Shown here: piece after piece, positions 25,691 through 32,000 of the stretch
Layout: every line of letters starts with the position of its first letter
Numbering within the stretch: the first letter of the stretch is position 1
Assembly (NCBI GenBank): GCA_030167145.1
Contig: CP126532.1
Location: 2,010,001-2,042,000, forward strand
Length of the DNA stretch: 32,000 nt
DNA from: Ktedonobacterales bacterium
Lineage (GTDB): Bacteria > Chloroflexota > Ktedonobacteria > Ktedonobacterales > JADMIN01
Direction of reading: 5' to 3'
Program-made: the position numbers and the translations under genes
The notes under the pieces: generated by a model
What the model was told of the DNA's origin: nothing
The model's database searches: none
The model's input: the letters and a program-made list of their open reading frames with translations, nothing else

Positions 25691-26365
25691 ATGGCTATGG
25701 CATGGTCACAAGGTACACGGTGGAACATCTTCGCTCGCGAATTGGCGGACATTCTGGCGGCGCACAACAAAGTATTGGGCCAGCTCGACGACATGGGCAT
25801 CACGCACTCACAAAAGGTGAGCCGCCTTCAGCGGTCACTCACATCAGCGGGGCATTTCCCGACGCTGAATCCCGAGGAGATCGAGGCGCTGATCGAGGCC
25901 GCGCATCTCGACGCTAGCGAACAGAACCGGCTACGCGCCGCTGTGCTCGCCACGGCGGTGGAGCGCATCCTGATGGATCGCATGGATCCGCATACCGCTT
26001 TGATGGCCAGCGAAGATGTCTTCGCGATCTTCGTTGCCGCGCTGCGCGAGCAGTCGGGCGCGAAGACGCTCGCCCATGTCCGCGCTGGCGGCGCGCTGGA
26101 CGATACGGACGCGGGCAGTGATGTGGACCTGGATGAGGCGCTGGACTGGCTTGATCGCGCGACACTGGAACTGCACACCAGCCGCAACGCCGTCTCGCCA
26201 CAGGCGCGTTTCTCGCACGCACAGCTCGCGTGCGCTGGCTATGCGCGTGCGTTGGAATTGCTCGAACGTGGCGGTCGCCACATTGGCGCGGACGACGAGT
26301 GGCGCTACTGGCATGATGAGGCGCTGCGCGGGCACGACATGGCGAAAGTTGTTCTGCACTCGTAG
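25691..26365 (+). CDS. Alpha-helical protein with probable N-terminal HTH, first gene of the caspase operon
   Basis: ATG at 25691 (MAMAWSQGTRWNIFARELADIL...) with GGAAGGGAG upstream. The segment ELADILAAHNKVLGQLDDMGITHSQKVSRLQRSL looks like an XRE-type helix-turn-helix. The remainder is helical (LDEALDWLDRATLEL..AGYARALELLERG). Confidence 0.7.
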   Translation: MAMAWSQGTRWNIFARELADILAAHNKVLGQLDDMGITHSQKVSRLQRSLTSAGHFPTLNPEEIEALIEAAHLDASEQNRLRAAVLATAVERILMDRMDPHTALMASEDVFAIFVAALREQSGAKTLAHVRAGGALDDTDAGSDVDLDEALDWLDRATLELHTSRNAVSPQARFSHAQLACAGYARALELLERGGRHIGADDEWRYWHDEALRGHDMAKVVLHS

Positions 26366-26380
26366 GGAAGGAGGTCGGAC

Positions 26381-27619
26381 ATGCGACGCAGGGCGCTGCT
26401 GGTTGGCATCAACACGTATGACCACATTCAGCCAGAACTTTCGTGGTGCATTGACGACACGCTGGCGATGCATGAGGTGCTGGCGTTCCATGCCAATCAT
26501 GATCCCAATTTCGCCTGCCATCTGCTGCTTGGATCGCAGTCTGATCTGGCCGCGCCGGAGGATGGACGCGAACGGGTGACATTCAACAAGCTGCGGTTGG
26601 CGCTCGAAGACCTCTTCGCGTTCGATGATATGGCCGTCTTCTACTTTTCTGGGCACGGTATCCCGACAGAGCGCGGCAGATACCTCGCCACGCAAGATGG
26701 CACTCCGACACTGCCGGGCATCTTGATGAACGATCTGCTAGACATGGCGAACACCTCGCGCGCACGTGAGGTGGTGCTGATTATTGACTGCTGCTTTGCC
26801 GGTGGGGTGGGGGAGCCGAACGGGGCGGGCGACATCCCGAATCTGTATCTGCGGCCAGGCGTAACGTTGCTGGCGGCGGCCCAACCGCACGAGAACGCAC
26901 TGGAAATGGGCGGGCAGGGGGTCTTCACGCGGCTGGTGCTCGGCGCGCTGAAAGGGGGCGCGGCAGATGTACGTGGACGGGTATCGGCGGCTTCGATTTA
27001 CGCACACATCGAACAGGCGCTCGGCCCGTGGGATCAGCGCCCGATCTACAAATCCAACGCGAGCCAGCTTTCGCCGCTGCGCTATTGCTGGCCCGATATC
27101 GGCGATGATGACCTGCGCCGTCTGACGCAGTTCTTCCCGAAACCCAACCATCAGTTCCCACTCGATCCTTCGTATGAGGTGACACGATCTGAGGCGATTC
27201 CAGAGCACGTGGCGATATTCAAGATCTTCAAACGCTATCAAGTCGCACGTCTCTTGCGTCCATCGGTGGATGACGACCTGTATTTTGCGGCGATTCGCAC
27301 TCATCCTGTCGAGCTAACGCCGCTCGGCCAGTTCTACTGGCAGCTCGCCAAGGATAATCTGCTTGGCGGGTCACCGGCATTCACACCATTGAGGAGGGGT
27401 TCAATGCCTGATGCCGAATCCGTCGCGAAGTTCTTTCACGAGGCATATGAACGCCTGGCCCCTGCCTTTGGCTATAAGACACGCGACGAGACGCGGGTTC
27501 CCTGGGAGAATGTGCCAGAGCGCAATAAGCGGCTGATGATTGCGGCGACAGCGGAGGTGCTGGCGATGCTCTTCCCGCCAGAAGATGCGCCTACGGCGAC
27601 TGGGGCGCCGCCACGCTAG
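26381..27619 (+). CDS. Caspase-family (peptidase C14, orthocaspase-like) protein with unassigned middle domain and RyR-like C-terminal segment
   Basis: GGAAGGAGG SD 6 nt upstream, and the gene starts 15 nt after the previous stop. The N-terminus is RRALLVGINTY. The catalytic His lies in AVFYFSGHG and the catalytic Cys in VVLIIDCCFAGG. The C-terminal VAKFFHEAYERLAPAFGYKTRDETRVPWENVPERNKRLMIAATAEVL resembles the RyR domain pattern (A...HE.W.....GW.yG......vpY..L.e..K......a). Confidence 0.88.
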   Translation: MRRRALLVGINTYDHIQPELSWCIDDTLAMHEVLAFHANHDPNFACHLLLGSQSDLAAPEDGRERVTFNKLRLALEDLFAFDDMAVFYFSGHGIPTERGRYLATQDGTPTLPGILMNDLLDMANTSRAREVVLIIDCCFAGGVGEPNGAGDIPNLYLRPGVTLLAAAQPHENALEMGGQGVFTRLVLGALKGGAADVRGRVSAASIYAHIEQALGPWDQRPIYKSNASQLSPLRYCWPDIGDDDLRRLTQFFPKPNHQFPLDPSYEVTRSEAIPEHVAIFKIFKRYQVARLLRPSVDDDLYFAAIRTHPVELTPLGQFYWQLAKDNLLGGSPAFTPLRRGSMPDAESVAKFFHEAYERLAPAFGYKTRDETRVPWENVPERNKRLMIAATAEVLAMLFPPEDAPTATGAPPR

Positions 27620-27678
27620 TTGTCGCCCGTCAGCGGCCAGAATACCCGCGCCTTCGCGCAAATGTCTGTCGTACAGGC

Positions 27679-27708
27679 TTGACGTAGCCCCGCCTCGCGG
27701 CGTACACT
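27679..27708 (+). promoter_or_regulatory. Promoter candidate for tRNA-Glu: TTGACG-18 nt-TACACT
   Basis: -35 at 27679-27684 and -10 at 27703-27708, about 40 nt before the tRNA. The leader contains an 8-bp hairpin GCGTAGCG/CGCTACGC (27717-27740). Confidence 0.4.
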
Positions 27709-27749
27709 TGACGTTGGCGTAGCGATACATTGCGCTACGCCACTCTTCT

Positions 27750-27826
27750 GCCCCCGTCGTCTAGCGGCCTAGGACATCACCCTTTCAAGGTGGAGATCAC
27801 GGGTTCGAATCCCGTCGGGGGTACCA
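27750..27826 (+). tRNA. tRNA-Glu: tRNA-Glu (anticodon UUC), CCA encoded
   Basis: Cloverleaf read by eye: acceptor GCCCCCG/CGGGGGU, D arm GUCU-AGCGGCCU-AGGAC, anticodon stem UCACC/GGUGG with loop CUUUCAA, T arm ACGGG-UUCGAAU-CCCGU, then A-CCA. It closely parallels E. coli tRNA-Glu. Confidence 0.9.
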
Positions 27827-27858
27827 GCACGTGGGGTGGCAAGCGCCCCAGCGACATG

Positions 27859-27903
27859 AGAAGCGTATCGTTGCCGAAATGGCATTGGTACGCTTCTTTG
27901 TTT
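27859..27903 (+). terminator. Intrinsic terminator downstream of tRNA-Glu
   Basis: 9-bp perfect stem AGAAGCGUA/UACGCUUCU (27859-67/27889-97). Its loop contains a nested UGCC-GAAAU-GGCA hairpin. It is followed by UUGUUU. Confidence 0.55.
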
Positions 27904-27929
27904 AGGTGTGCCCGCAAAGGTGTCGCGCG

Positions 27930-28796
27930 TCAGGGTGTCGCCGTCGGCGAGGGCTTCGGCGTATCCGTGGGTGTTGGCGTTGGGGGCGCGCTTGTCGCTG
28001 TGGGGGTGGGTGTCGGCGGCTGGCTTGTTGGCGAGGGCTGCGGGGTCGGCGTCGGCGCGGGTCCGGTGGGCGCGGTACCGTAGATCCGCACTGTCGCGCC
28101 ATCATACGTCCAGCTATAGAGCCACGCCGCAGCATGCGTCGGCATCTCTACACAGCCGTGGCTGCCCGTCTCCTGGCTGCCATCCGGCGCGGTATGCGGA
28201 TAGTTTGTGCCCGGACCAAAATCGCTCTTCCAGGGCGCGTCGTGCAGATAATAGCCGTCATAGGCGAAGTACATCGCATAGTTGATGTGCTCCGGCGGAT
28301 AATAGAAGGGCGAGCCAGGCGGCCACGGCGAGTAGAAGGTGACATTGGTTTCCTTGAACTGCACGTGATACGTGCCATCTGGCGTCGGTAACTCCGGGCG
28401 GCCCGTCGTCACCGGCATATCGTAGACCAGGTGGCGATTCTGATAGGCCCAGAGCCATTGCTGCGCTAGACTCACCAGAATCAACTGACCGCCGATCTGC
28501 GGCACACCACCGATGGGCGCGGGGCCGGGCGGTGGGGGTGGCAGGGGTTTAGGCGTGCTGGTGGCCATCGGTATCCTGGTTGGGGTGGGTTTGGGCGTAG
28601 GCGGGAGCGGCGTGGGCGTGTTGGTCACCACAATCGGGGGCAGATAGGTGGTCGTGGCGGCGACCGTCGCGGTGGGCGCGAGCGCGGTCCTGGTTGGTGC
28701 GCCACCACAACTGCTCAATACGATGCTGCCCACCAGCAATCCAGTACTCAACACCGCCAGCAACGCGGCGCGAGACTTCACCGTCTGTTCTTTCAT
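27930..28796 (-). CDS. L,D-transpeptidase (YkuD domain) lipoprotein with Pro/Thr-rich C-terminal tail
   Basis: Lipobox LSSC after the signal peptide, Pro-rich linkers and a YkuD core with catalytic SHGCVEMP. The C-terminal tail is PTPTPQPSPTSQPPTPTPTATSAPPTPTPTDTPKPSPTATP. Confidence 0.9.
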   Translation of the reverse strand: MKEQTVKSRAALLAVLSTGLLVGSIVLSSCGGAPTRTALAPTATVAATTTYLPPIVVTNTPTPLPPTPKPTPTRIPMATSTPKPLPPPPPGPAPIGGVPQIGGQLILVSLAQQWLWAYQNRHLVYDMPVTTGRPELPTPDGTYHVQFKETNVTFYSPWPPGSPFYYPPEHINYAMYFAYDGYYLHDAPWKSDFGPGTNYPHTAPDGSQETGSHGCVEMPTHAAAWLYSWTYDGATVRIYGTAPTGPAPTPTPQPSPTSQPPTPTPTATSAPPTPTPTDTPKPSPTATP

Positions 28797-29209
28797 CCTT
28801 CACCTGTTCAGCAGTACAAAGCAACTGTTGTATGCGTCCTGATGTCGCGTAACCGCTTCTCGGCACATGGCCGCCAGCCATACCAGTTGGCCGCCTTGCC
28901 ATAGCGCGCGAAACCTGTCGCGGAACGATACGCCATTCTACCTATAGGACGGATGAAGAACAGAAAAGGAACAGCGAGTGCAGAGGTGTGATCTTCCCTG
29001 AATCGTGTCCGGCCAGATTGTGGTGACCTTCTCACTTGCGCCTGCCCCCTTGACACGACGGAGACAATACAAGAGCGAGCATTCTAGCGGCTCATTCTCG
29101 TGGCGCGGCGGTACCACTCGCGCGACGTGTAGAGCGACATGCCAGATGTCGGCAGGCGGCAGGCGGATGCTCTACGGGTGAAACGTAGAGGGCAAGAGAG
29201 GATCGCAAA

Positions 29210-30772
29210 ATGCGTATTGGGGTGGGCGGGTGGATGCGTGAACGCGGTTCGATAGCAGCAGTCATCACTACTGGTGGAATGCTGCTTGGTATCCTGGCGG
29301 TAGTGCTGGCATCATCCTGGGCGCTCCCTGCGCTCGCGCGGACTACGCACCATAGCGGTCGGGCACCGGCTGCGGTGGGCGCCAGCCTGCCCCAACTCGT
29401 ACAACTCAGCAGCGACCCCTATACCAACGCCGCCAGCCAGCATCATACCGAGGTCGAGCCGGATAGCTTCTCCTACGGCGCCACCATTGTCACCGCCTTT
29501 CAGGCCGGGCGCTTCTCCGACGGCGGCAGCTCCAACATCGGCTGGGCCACCTCCACCGATGGCGGCGCGAGCTGGCAGCACGGCTTCCTACCCGGCATCA
29601 CTATTTACGCGGGTGGCTCCTGGAGCCGCGTCAGTGATCCCTCGGTGGCCTATGACCGTGTGCATAACGTCTGGATCATCGCCTCGCTGGCGCTCTCCAC
29701 CAGCAGCGGCAACGTCGTCGGCGCCGCCGTCCTCGTCAGCCGCTCGACCGATGGCGGCCGCACCTGGGCCAACCCCGTCACCGTCAGCACGGTGCCGTCG
29801 GGTGGCTGGTACGACAAAGACTGGCTCGTCTGCGATAGCTGGCCCGCGCCCAATCCCAAGCTCGGCATCCATACCGGCCCGTCCTATGGCCATTGCTATC
29901 TCGAATGGGATGACGCAAACCTGAACCTGATCTACATGAGCACCTCGACTGACGGCGGGCACACCTGGAGCGCGCGCAACGGCCCCTCGCCCAATACCGG
30001 CGGCATCGGCGGCCAGCCGATCATCCTGCGCGACGGCGTGGTGGTCGTGCCGATTCTGGTCGGCGGTGTGAATGATTTTGTCTCGACCAATGGCGGCGCC
30101 AGTTGGAGCAAAGTCTACACCATCGCCTCTCTGCCCAACCACATCCCCGCTGGGAGTCTGCGCGGCGTGGACCTGCCCTCCGCCGAGGTGGATGGCGCGG
30201 GCCGACTGTACCTGGTCTGGCCGACGTGTCGCTACGAGGCCAACTGTAGCGCCAACGATCTAGAGTTCAGCACCACCCTCGATGGCGTCACCTGGACGCC
30301 GGTGCAGCGCATCCCGCTTGACCCTATCGGCAGTGGTGTGGATCATTTCCTGCCCAGTATCGCCGTGGACACGGCGACCAGCGGTAGCACGGCACACCTG
30401 GGGGTGGCCTACTACTATTATCCGGTGGCCAACTGCACCGTCTCCACCTGCCAGCTCGACGTGGGCTTTGCCTCCTCCGCCGATGGCGGAGCGACCTGGA
30501 GCGCCAGAACGCAACTCGCAGGGCCACTGCACAATACCTGGCTGGCCAACACCACCCAGGGCTACATGGTCGGCGACTACTTCTCCGCCTCGTTCGCTAA
30601 GGGCACGGTCTACCCCATCTTCGCCGTGGCGACCGCGCCCAGTGGCAGCACCTTCAACGAGACGATGGTGACGGTGGCGGGTGGCCTCAGTATCCTGGGC
30701 GGCACCCTGCCCGCGCGTCGCGATCCCATTCTGGTGAACGCCTCCACGCCACGGCCTACCCGCCTCAACTGA
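29210..30772 (+). CDS. BNR/Asp-box repeat (sialidase-like beta-propeller) secreted or anchored protein
   Basis: Six S-x-D-x-G-x-T-W-type boxes (STDGGASW, STDGGRTW, STDGGHTW, STNGGASW, TLDGVTW, SADGGATW). The N-terminal hydrophobic segment is GMLLGILAVVLASSWALPALA. GAGAGGA SD lies upstream. Confidence 0.85.
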   Translation: MRIGVGGWMRERGSIAAVITTGGMLLGILAVVLASSWALPALARTTHHSGRAPAAVGASLPQLVQLSSDPYTNAASQHHTEVEPDSFSYGATIVTAFQAGRFSDGGSSNIGWATSTDGGASWQHGFLPGITIYAGGSWSRVSDPSVAYDRVHNVWIIASLALSTSSGNVVGAAVLVSRSTDGGRTWANPVTVSTVPSGGWYDKDWLVCDSWPAPNPKLGIHTGPSYGHCYLEWDDANLNLIYMSTSTDGGHTWSARNGPSPNTGGIGGQPIILRDGVVVVPILVGGVNDFVSTNGGASWSKVYTIASLPNHIPAGSLRGVDLPSAEVDGAGRLYLVWPTCRYEANCSANDLEFSTTLDGVTWTPVQRIPLDPIGSGVDHFLPSIAVDTATSGSTAHLGVAYYYYPVANCTVSTCQLDVGFASSADGGATWSARTQLAGPLHNTWLANTTQGYMVGDYFSASFAKGTVYPIFAVATAPSGSTFNETMVTVAGGLSILGGTLPARRDPILVNASTPRPTRLN

Positions 30773-30778
30773 TAGCAG

Positions 30779-30815
30779 AGCGGGCACGATAGGTAGCTCA
30801 CCCGTCGTGCCCGCT
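30779..30815. terminator. Stem-loop between convergent genes (possible bidirectional terminator)
   Basis: 11-bp perfect inverted repeat AGCGGGCACGA/TCGTGCCCGCT (30779-89/30805-15) with a 15-nt loop. There is no U-tract on either side. Confidence 0.45.
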
Positions 30816-30851
30816 GTACATGGATACGTGTATCGCCGTTGGCGCTGGCCG

Positions 30852-32000
30852 CTACTGCACGTTCGCGACTTTCACGTCGTCGAAGTAGTTGGTGCCAGCG
30901 ACTTCGTTGACCAGGATGAGTTGCGCGTAGGCGGTGCTGGTGGAGAGATCGCCGTCTACGCTGGCGATGGATGTGCCGTTGAGCCACACCTCCGCATGCC
31001 CCGCCGTGACTTCGTTCACCTCGATCTCCAGCGTATACCAGGTATCGGGGGCGATCACGTTGCCGTTGCTATAGAGGTCGTAGCGGGCACGCGCGCCGTT
31101 CCAGACGTAGACATCCAACCCCTGGCGGCCCGCGTCGTAGACGATGGCCCACATCAGGTTGCCGTTCGCGTCTTTCCCCTGCGCCAGCGTGGAGGTTGCG
31201 GTCGCGGGACTGGCTACGCGGAAGGCGAAGCTGGTGTACGTCAGCGCCTCGCCGCCGCCAATCAACCCCGCCGAGAGCGAGATGTACTGGCCGCTGGCGT
31301 TGGTGAGCGCCGCCGCGTAGCTCCCTGTATGAGTCACGGTCGCTTGCGCGCTCGCCAGGCCCGACCCGGATGGCGCACTCCACTGCGAGAGATTACCGCT
31401 CTCGAAGCCATCGGAGAAGTAGACGCCGTTGGATGGCGGCGGCGGTGGTGGCGGCGTGACCCCCGTGCCACTCAGGCTAATCGTCTGCGTTCCACCGGGC
31501 GCGTTATCGTTGATGCTGAGTGTGGCGCTGCGCGATCCACTGGCGCTGGGCGCGAAGCTCACGGCGATGGCACATGTAGCGCCCGGCGCTACCGTCGCTC
31601 CGGCGCAGGTGTCGCTCACCCTGGCGAAATCGCCTGCATTGGCGCCGGTGATGGTCGTCGAAGAGATGATCAGCGGCATGGTGCCGTTGTTGGTCAGCGT
31701 CACCGTCTGCGCTGCGCTGGTCGAGCCGGTGTTCTGGTTGCCAAAGCTCAGGCTGGTCGGATTCGGGTTTGCGCCCGGCACCGGATAGCCACCGCCTACT
31801 GGGCCATTGTACTTGTTGCTGATCTGCACGTCGTCGAAATAGGTTGTGCCCGCGACTTCGTTGATCAGCGTCAGTTGCGCGTAGCCCTGGGTGACGGAGA
31901 GATCACCGTCCACATGGTCAATGGAGGCGCCGTTGAGCCAGATCTCGGCGTGTCCGGTCGTCTGCTCGTTGTCCTCGATCTCCAGGCCGTACCACGTATC
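30852..32000 (-). CDS. Secreted multi-domain protein, 5'-partial (continues beyond right edge): LamG/ConA-like module - choice-of-anchor-D (HYDIN/ASH-like Ig) domain - poly-Pro linker - LamG/ConA-like module
   Basis: The frame stays open from 31913 to 32000 (..DTWYGLEIEDNEQTTGHAEIWLNGASIDHVDGDLSV..). The Ig-like domain is NPTSLSFGNQNTGSTSAAQTVTLTNNGTMPLIISSTTITGANAGDFARVSDTCAGATVAPGATCAIAVSFAP. A PPPPPPP linker follows. The terminal module ends ..YAQLILVNEVAGTNYFDDVKVANVQ. Confidence 0.8.
   Translation of the reverse strand, partial: DTWYGLEIEDNEQTTGHAEIWLNGASIDHVDGDLSVTQGYAQLTLINEVAGTTYFDDVQISNKYNGPVGGGYPVPGANPNPTSLSFGNQNTGSTSAAQTVTLTNNGTMPLIISSTTITGANAGDFARVSDTCAGATVAPGATCAIAVSFAPSASGSRSATLSINDNAPGGTQTISLSGTGVTPPPPPPPSNGVYFSDGFESGNLSQWSAPSGSGLASAQATVTHTGSYAAALTNASGQYISLSAGLIGGGEALTYTSFAFRVASPATATSTLAQGKDANGNLMWAIVYDAGRQGLDVYVWNGARARYDLYSNGNVIAPDTWYTLEIEVNEVTAGHAEVWLNGTSIASVDGDLSTSTAYAQLILVNEVAGTNYFDDVKVANVQ
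30872..31045. repeat. Copy A of 174-nt intragenic direct repeat (C-terminal strand set of the LamG-like module)
   Basis: It aligns without gaps to 31827-32000 and is roughly two-thirds to three-quarters identical by eye. The peptides are DTWYTLEIEVNEVTAGHAEVWLNGTSIASVDGDLSTSTAYAQLILVNEVAGTNYFDDV and DTWYGLEIEDNEQTTGHAEIWLNGASIDHVDGDLSVTQGYAQLTLINEVAGTTYFDDV. Confidence 0.7.
31827..32000. repeat. Copy B of the 174-nt intragenic direct repeat
   Basis: See copy A. It is truncated by the window edge. Confidence 0.7.

Noticed and set aside
25691-26365. The idea that the protein upstream of the caspase gene is a bacterial gasdermin (protease-adjacent pore former).
   Set aside because: The sequence looks predominantly alpha-helical with an HTH-like N-terminus. 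It lacks the N-terminal Cys and the beta-rich character of bacterial gasdermins. This cannot be excluded without structure prediction, but it is not supported by what I can see.
23511-27750. Calling the peptide/TPR/HTH/caspase block a tRNA-Glu-integrated genomic island or prophage remnant.
   Set aside because: No integrase, transposase or phage genes are present, and I found no direct repeat of the tRNA 3' end. Only the compositional impression and tRNA adjacency support it, so it is kept as a low-weight remark only.
27730-28083. 117-aa plus-strand ORF.
   Set aside because: It overlaps the tRNA-Glu gene and its terminator, and then runs antisense to the Pro/Thr-rich tail of the L,D-transpeptidase. 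The Gly/Val repeats are the complement of PT repeats.
1-32000. Search for CRISPR arrays, rRNA genes, IS elements/transposases, and long dispersed or tandem repeats.
   Set aside because: No regularly spaced direct repeats, no rRNA signatures and no transposase- or integrase-like ORFs were seen. The only repeats found are the short motif at 25.1-25.6 kb, the intragenic LamG duplication and the PT-rich low-complexity tracts.

Overview
High-GC (visually about 60-65%) bacterial chromosomal segment. The gene content is my guess of a Chloroflexota/Ktedonobacteria-like or actinomycete-like multicellular bacterium. That guess rests on STAND-LuxR regulators, Pro/Thr-rich linkers, a choice-of-anchor-D domain and a caspase-like protease, and it is not verified. 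About 28 protein genes are supportable. Regulators and transport: a MalT/LuxR STAND regulator, a DesK/NarL-type two-component pair, an MsbA-like ABC exporter, a TMEM175/DUF1211 channel and a double-RCK channel-like protein. Envelope and secreted proteins: a GT39 glycosyltransferase, an L,D-transpeptidase lipoprotein, a BNR/sialidase-like protein and a partial secreted LamG/choice-of-anchor-D protein. Toxin-antitoxin and redox: a VapBC-like and a HicB-like module in an AT-richer islet, and a translationally coupled operon of a Pro-rich membrane protein, ApbE and an MsrQ-like ferric reductase. DNA repair and core functions: a permuted Ogt-Ada(Zn) methyltransferase, a sigma-70 factor with a canonical terminator, RNase J and an ARPP-1-like protein. 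Also present are tRNA-Glu(UUC) and a TPR-like protein. Two things are most worth follow-up. (1) The locus at 23.5-27.8 kb next to tRNA-Glu holds an SD-coupled HTH-like protein plus an orthocaspase with an unassigned middle domain and a RyR-like tail. It is divergent from a small secreted Cys-peptide ORF plus a TPR protein, and a 17-nt palindromic motif occurs three times in the shared intergenic region. (2) A stand-alone, tetraloop-rich structured RNA candidate at about 14.65-14.79 kb is driven by a near-consensus promoter of the same type that precedes the tRNA. No CRISPR array, rRNA, transposase or integrase was seen. All family assignments come from motif recognition by eye. No database search was run.
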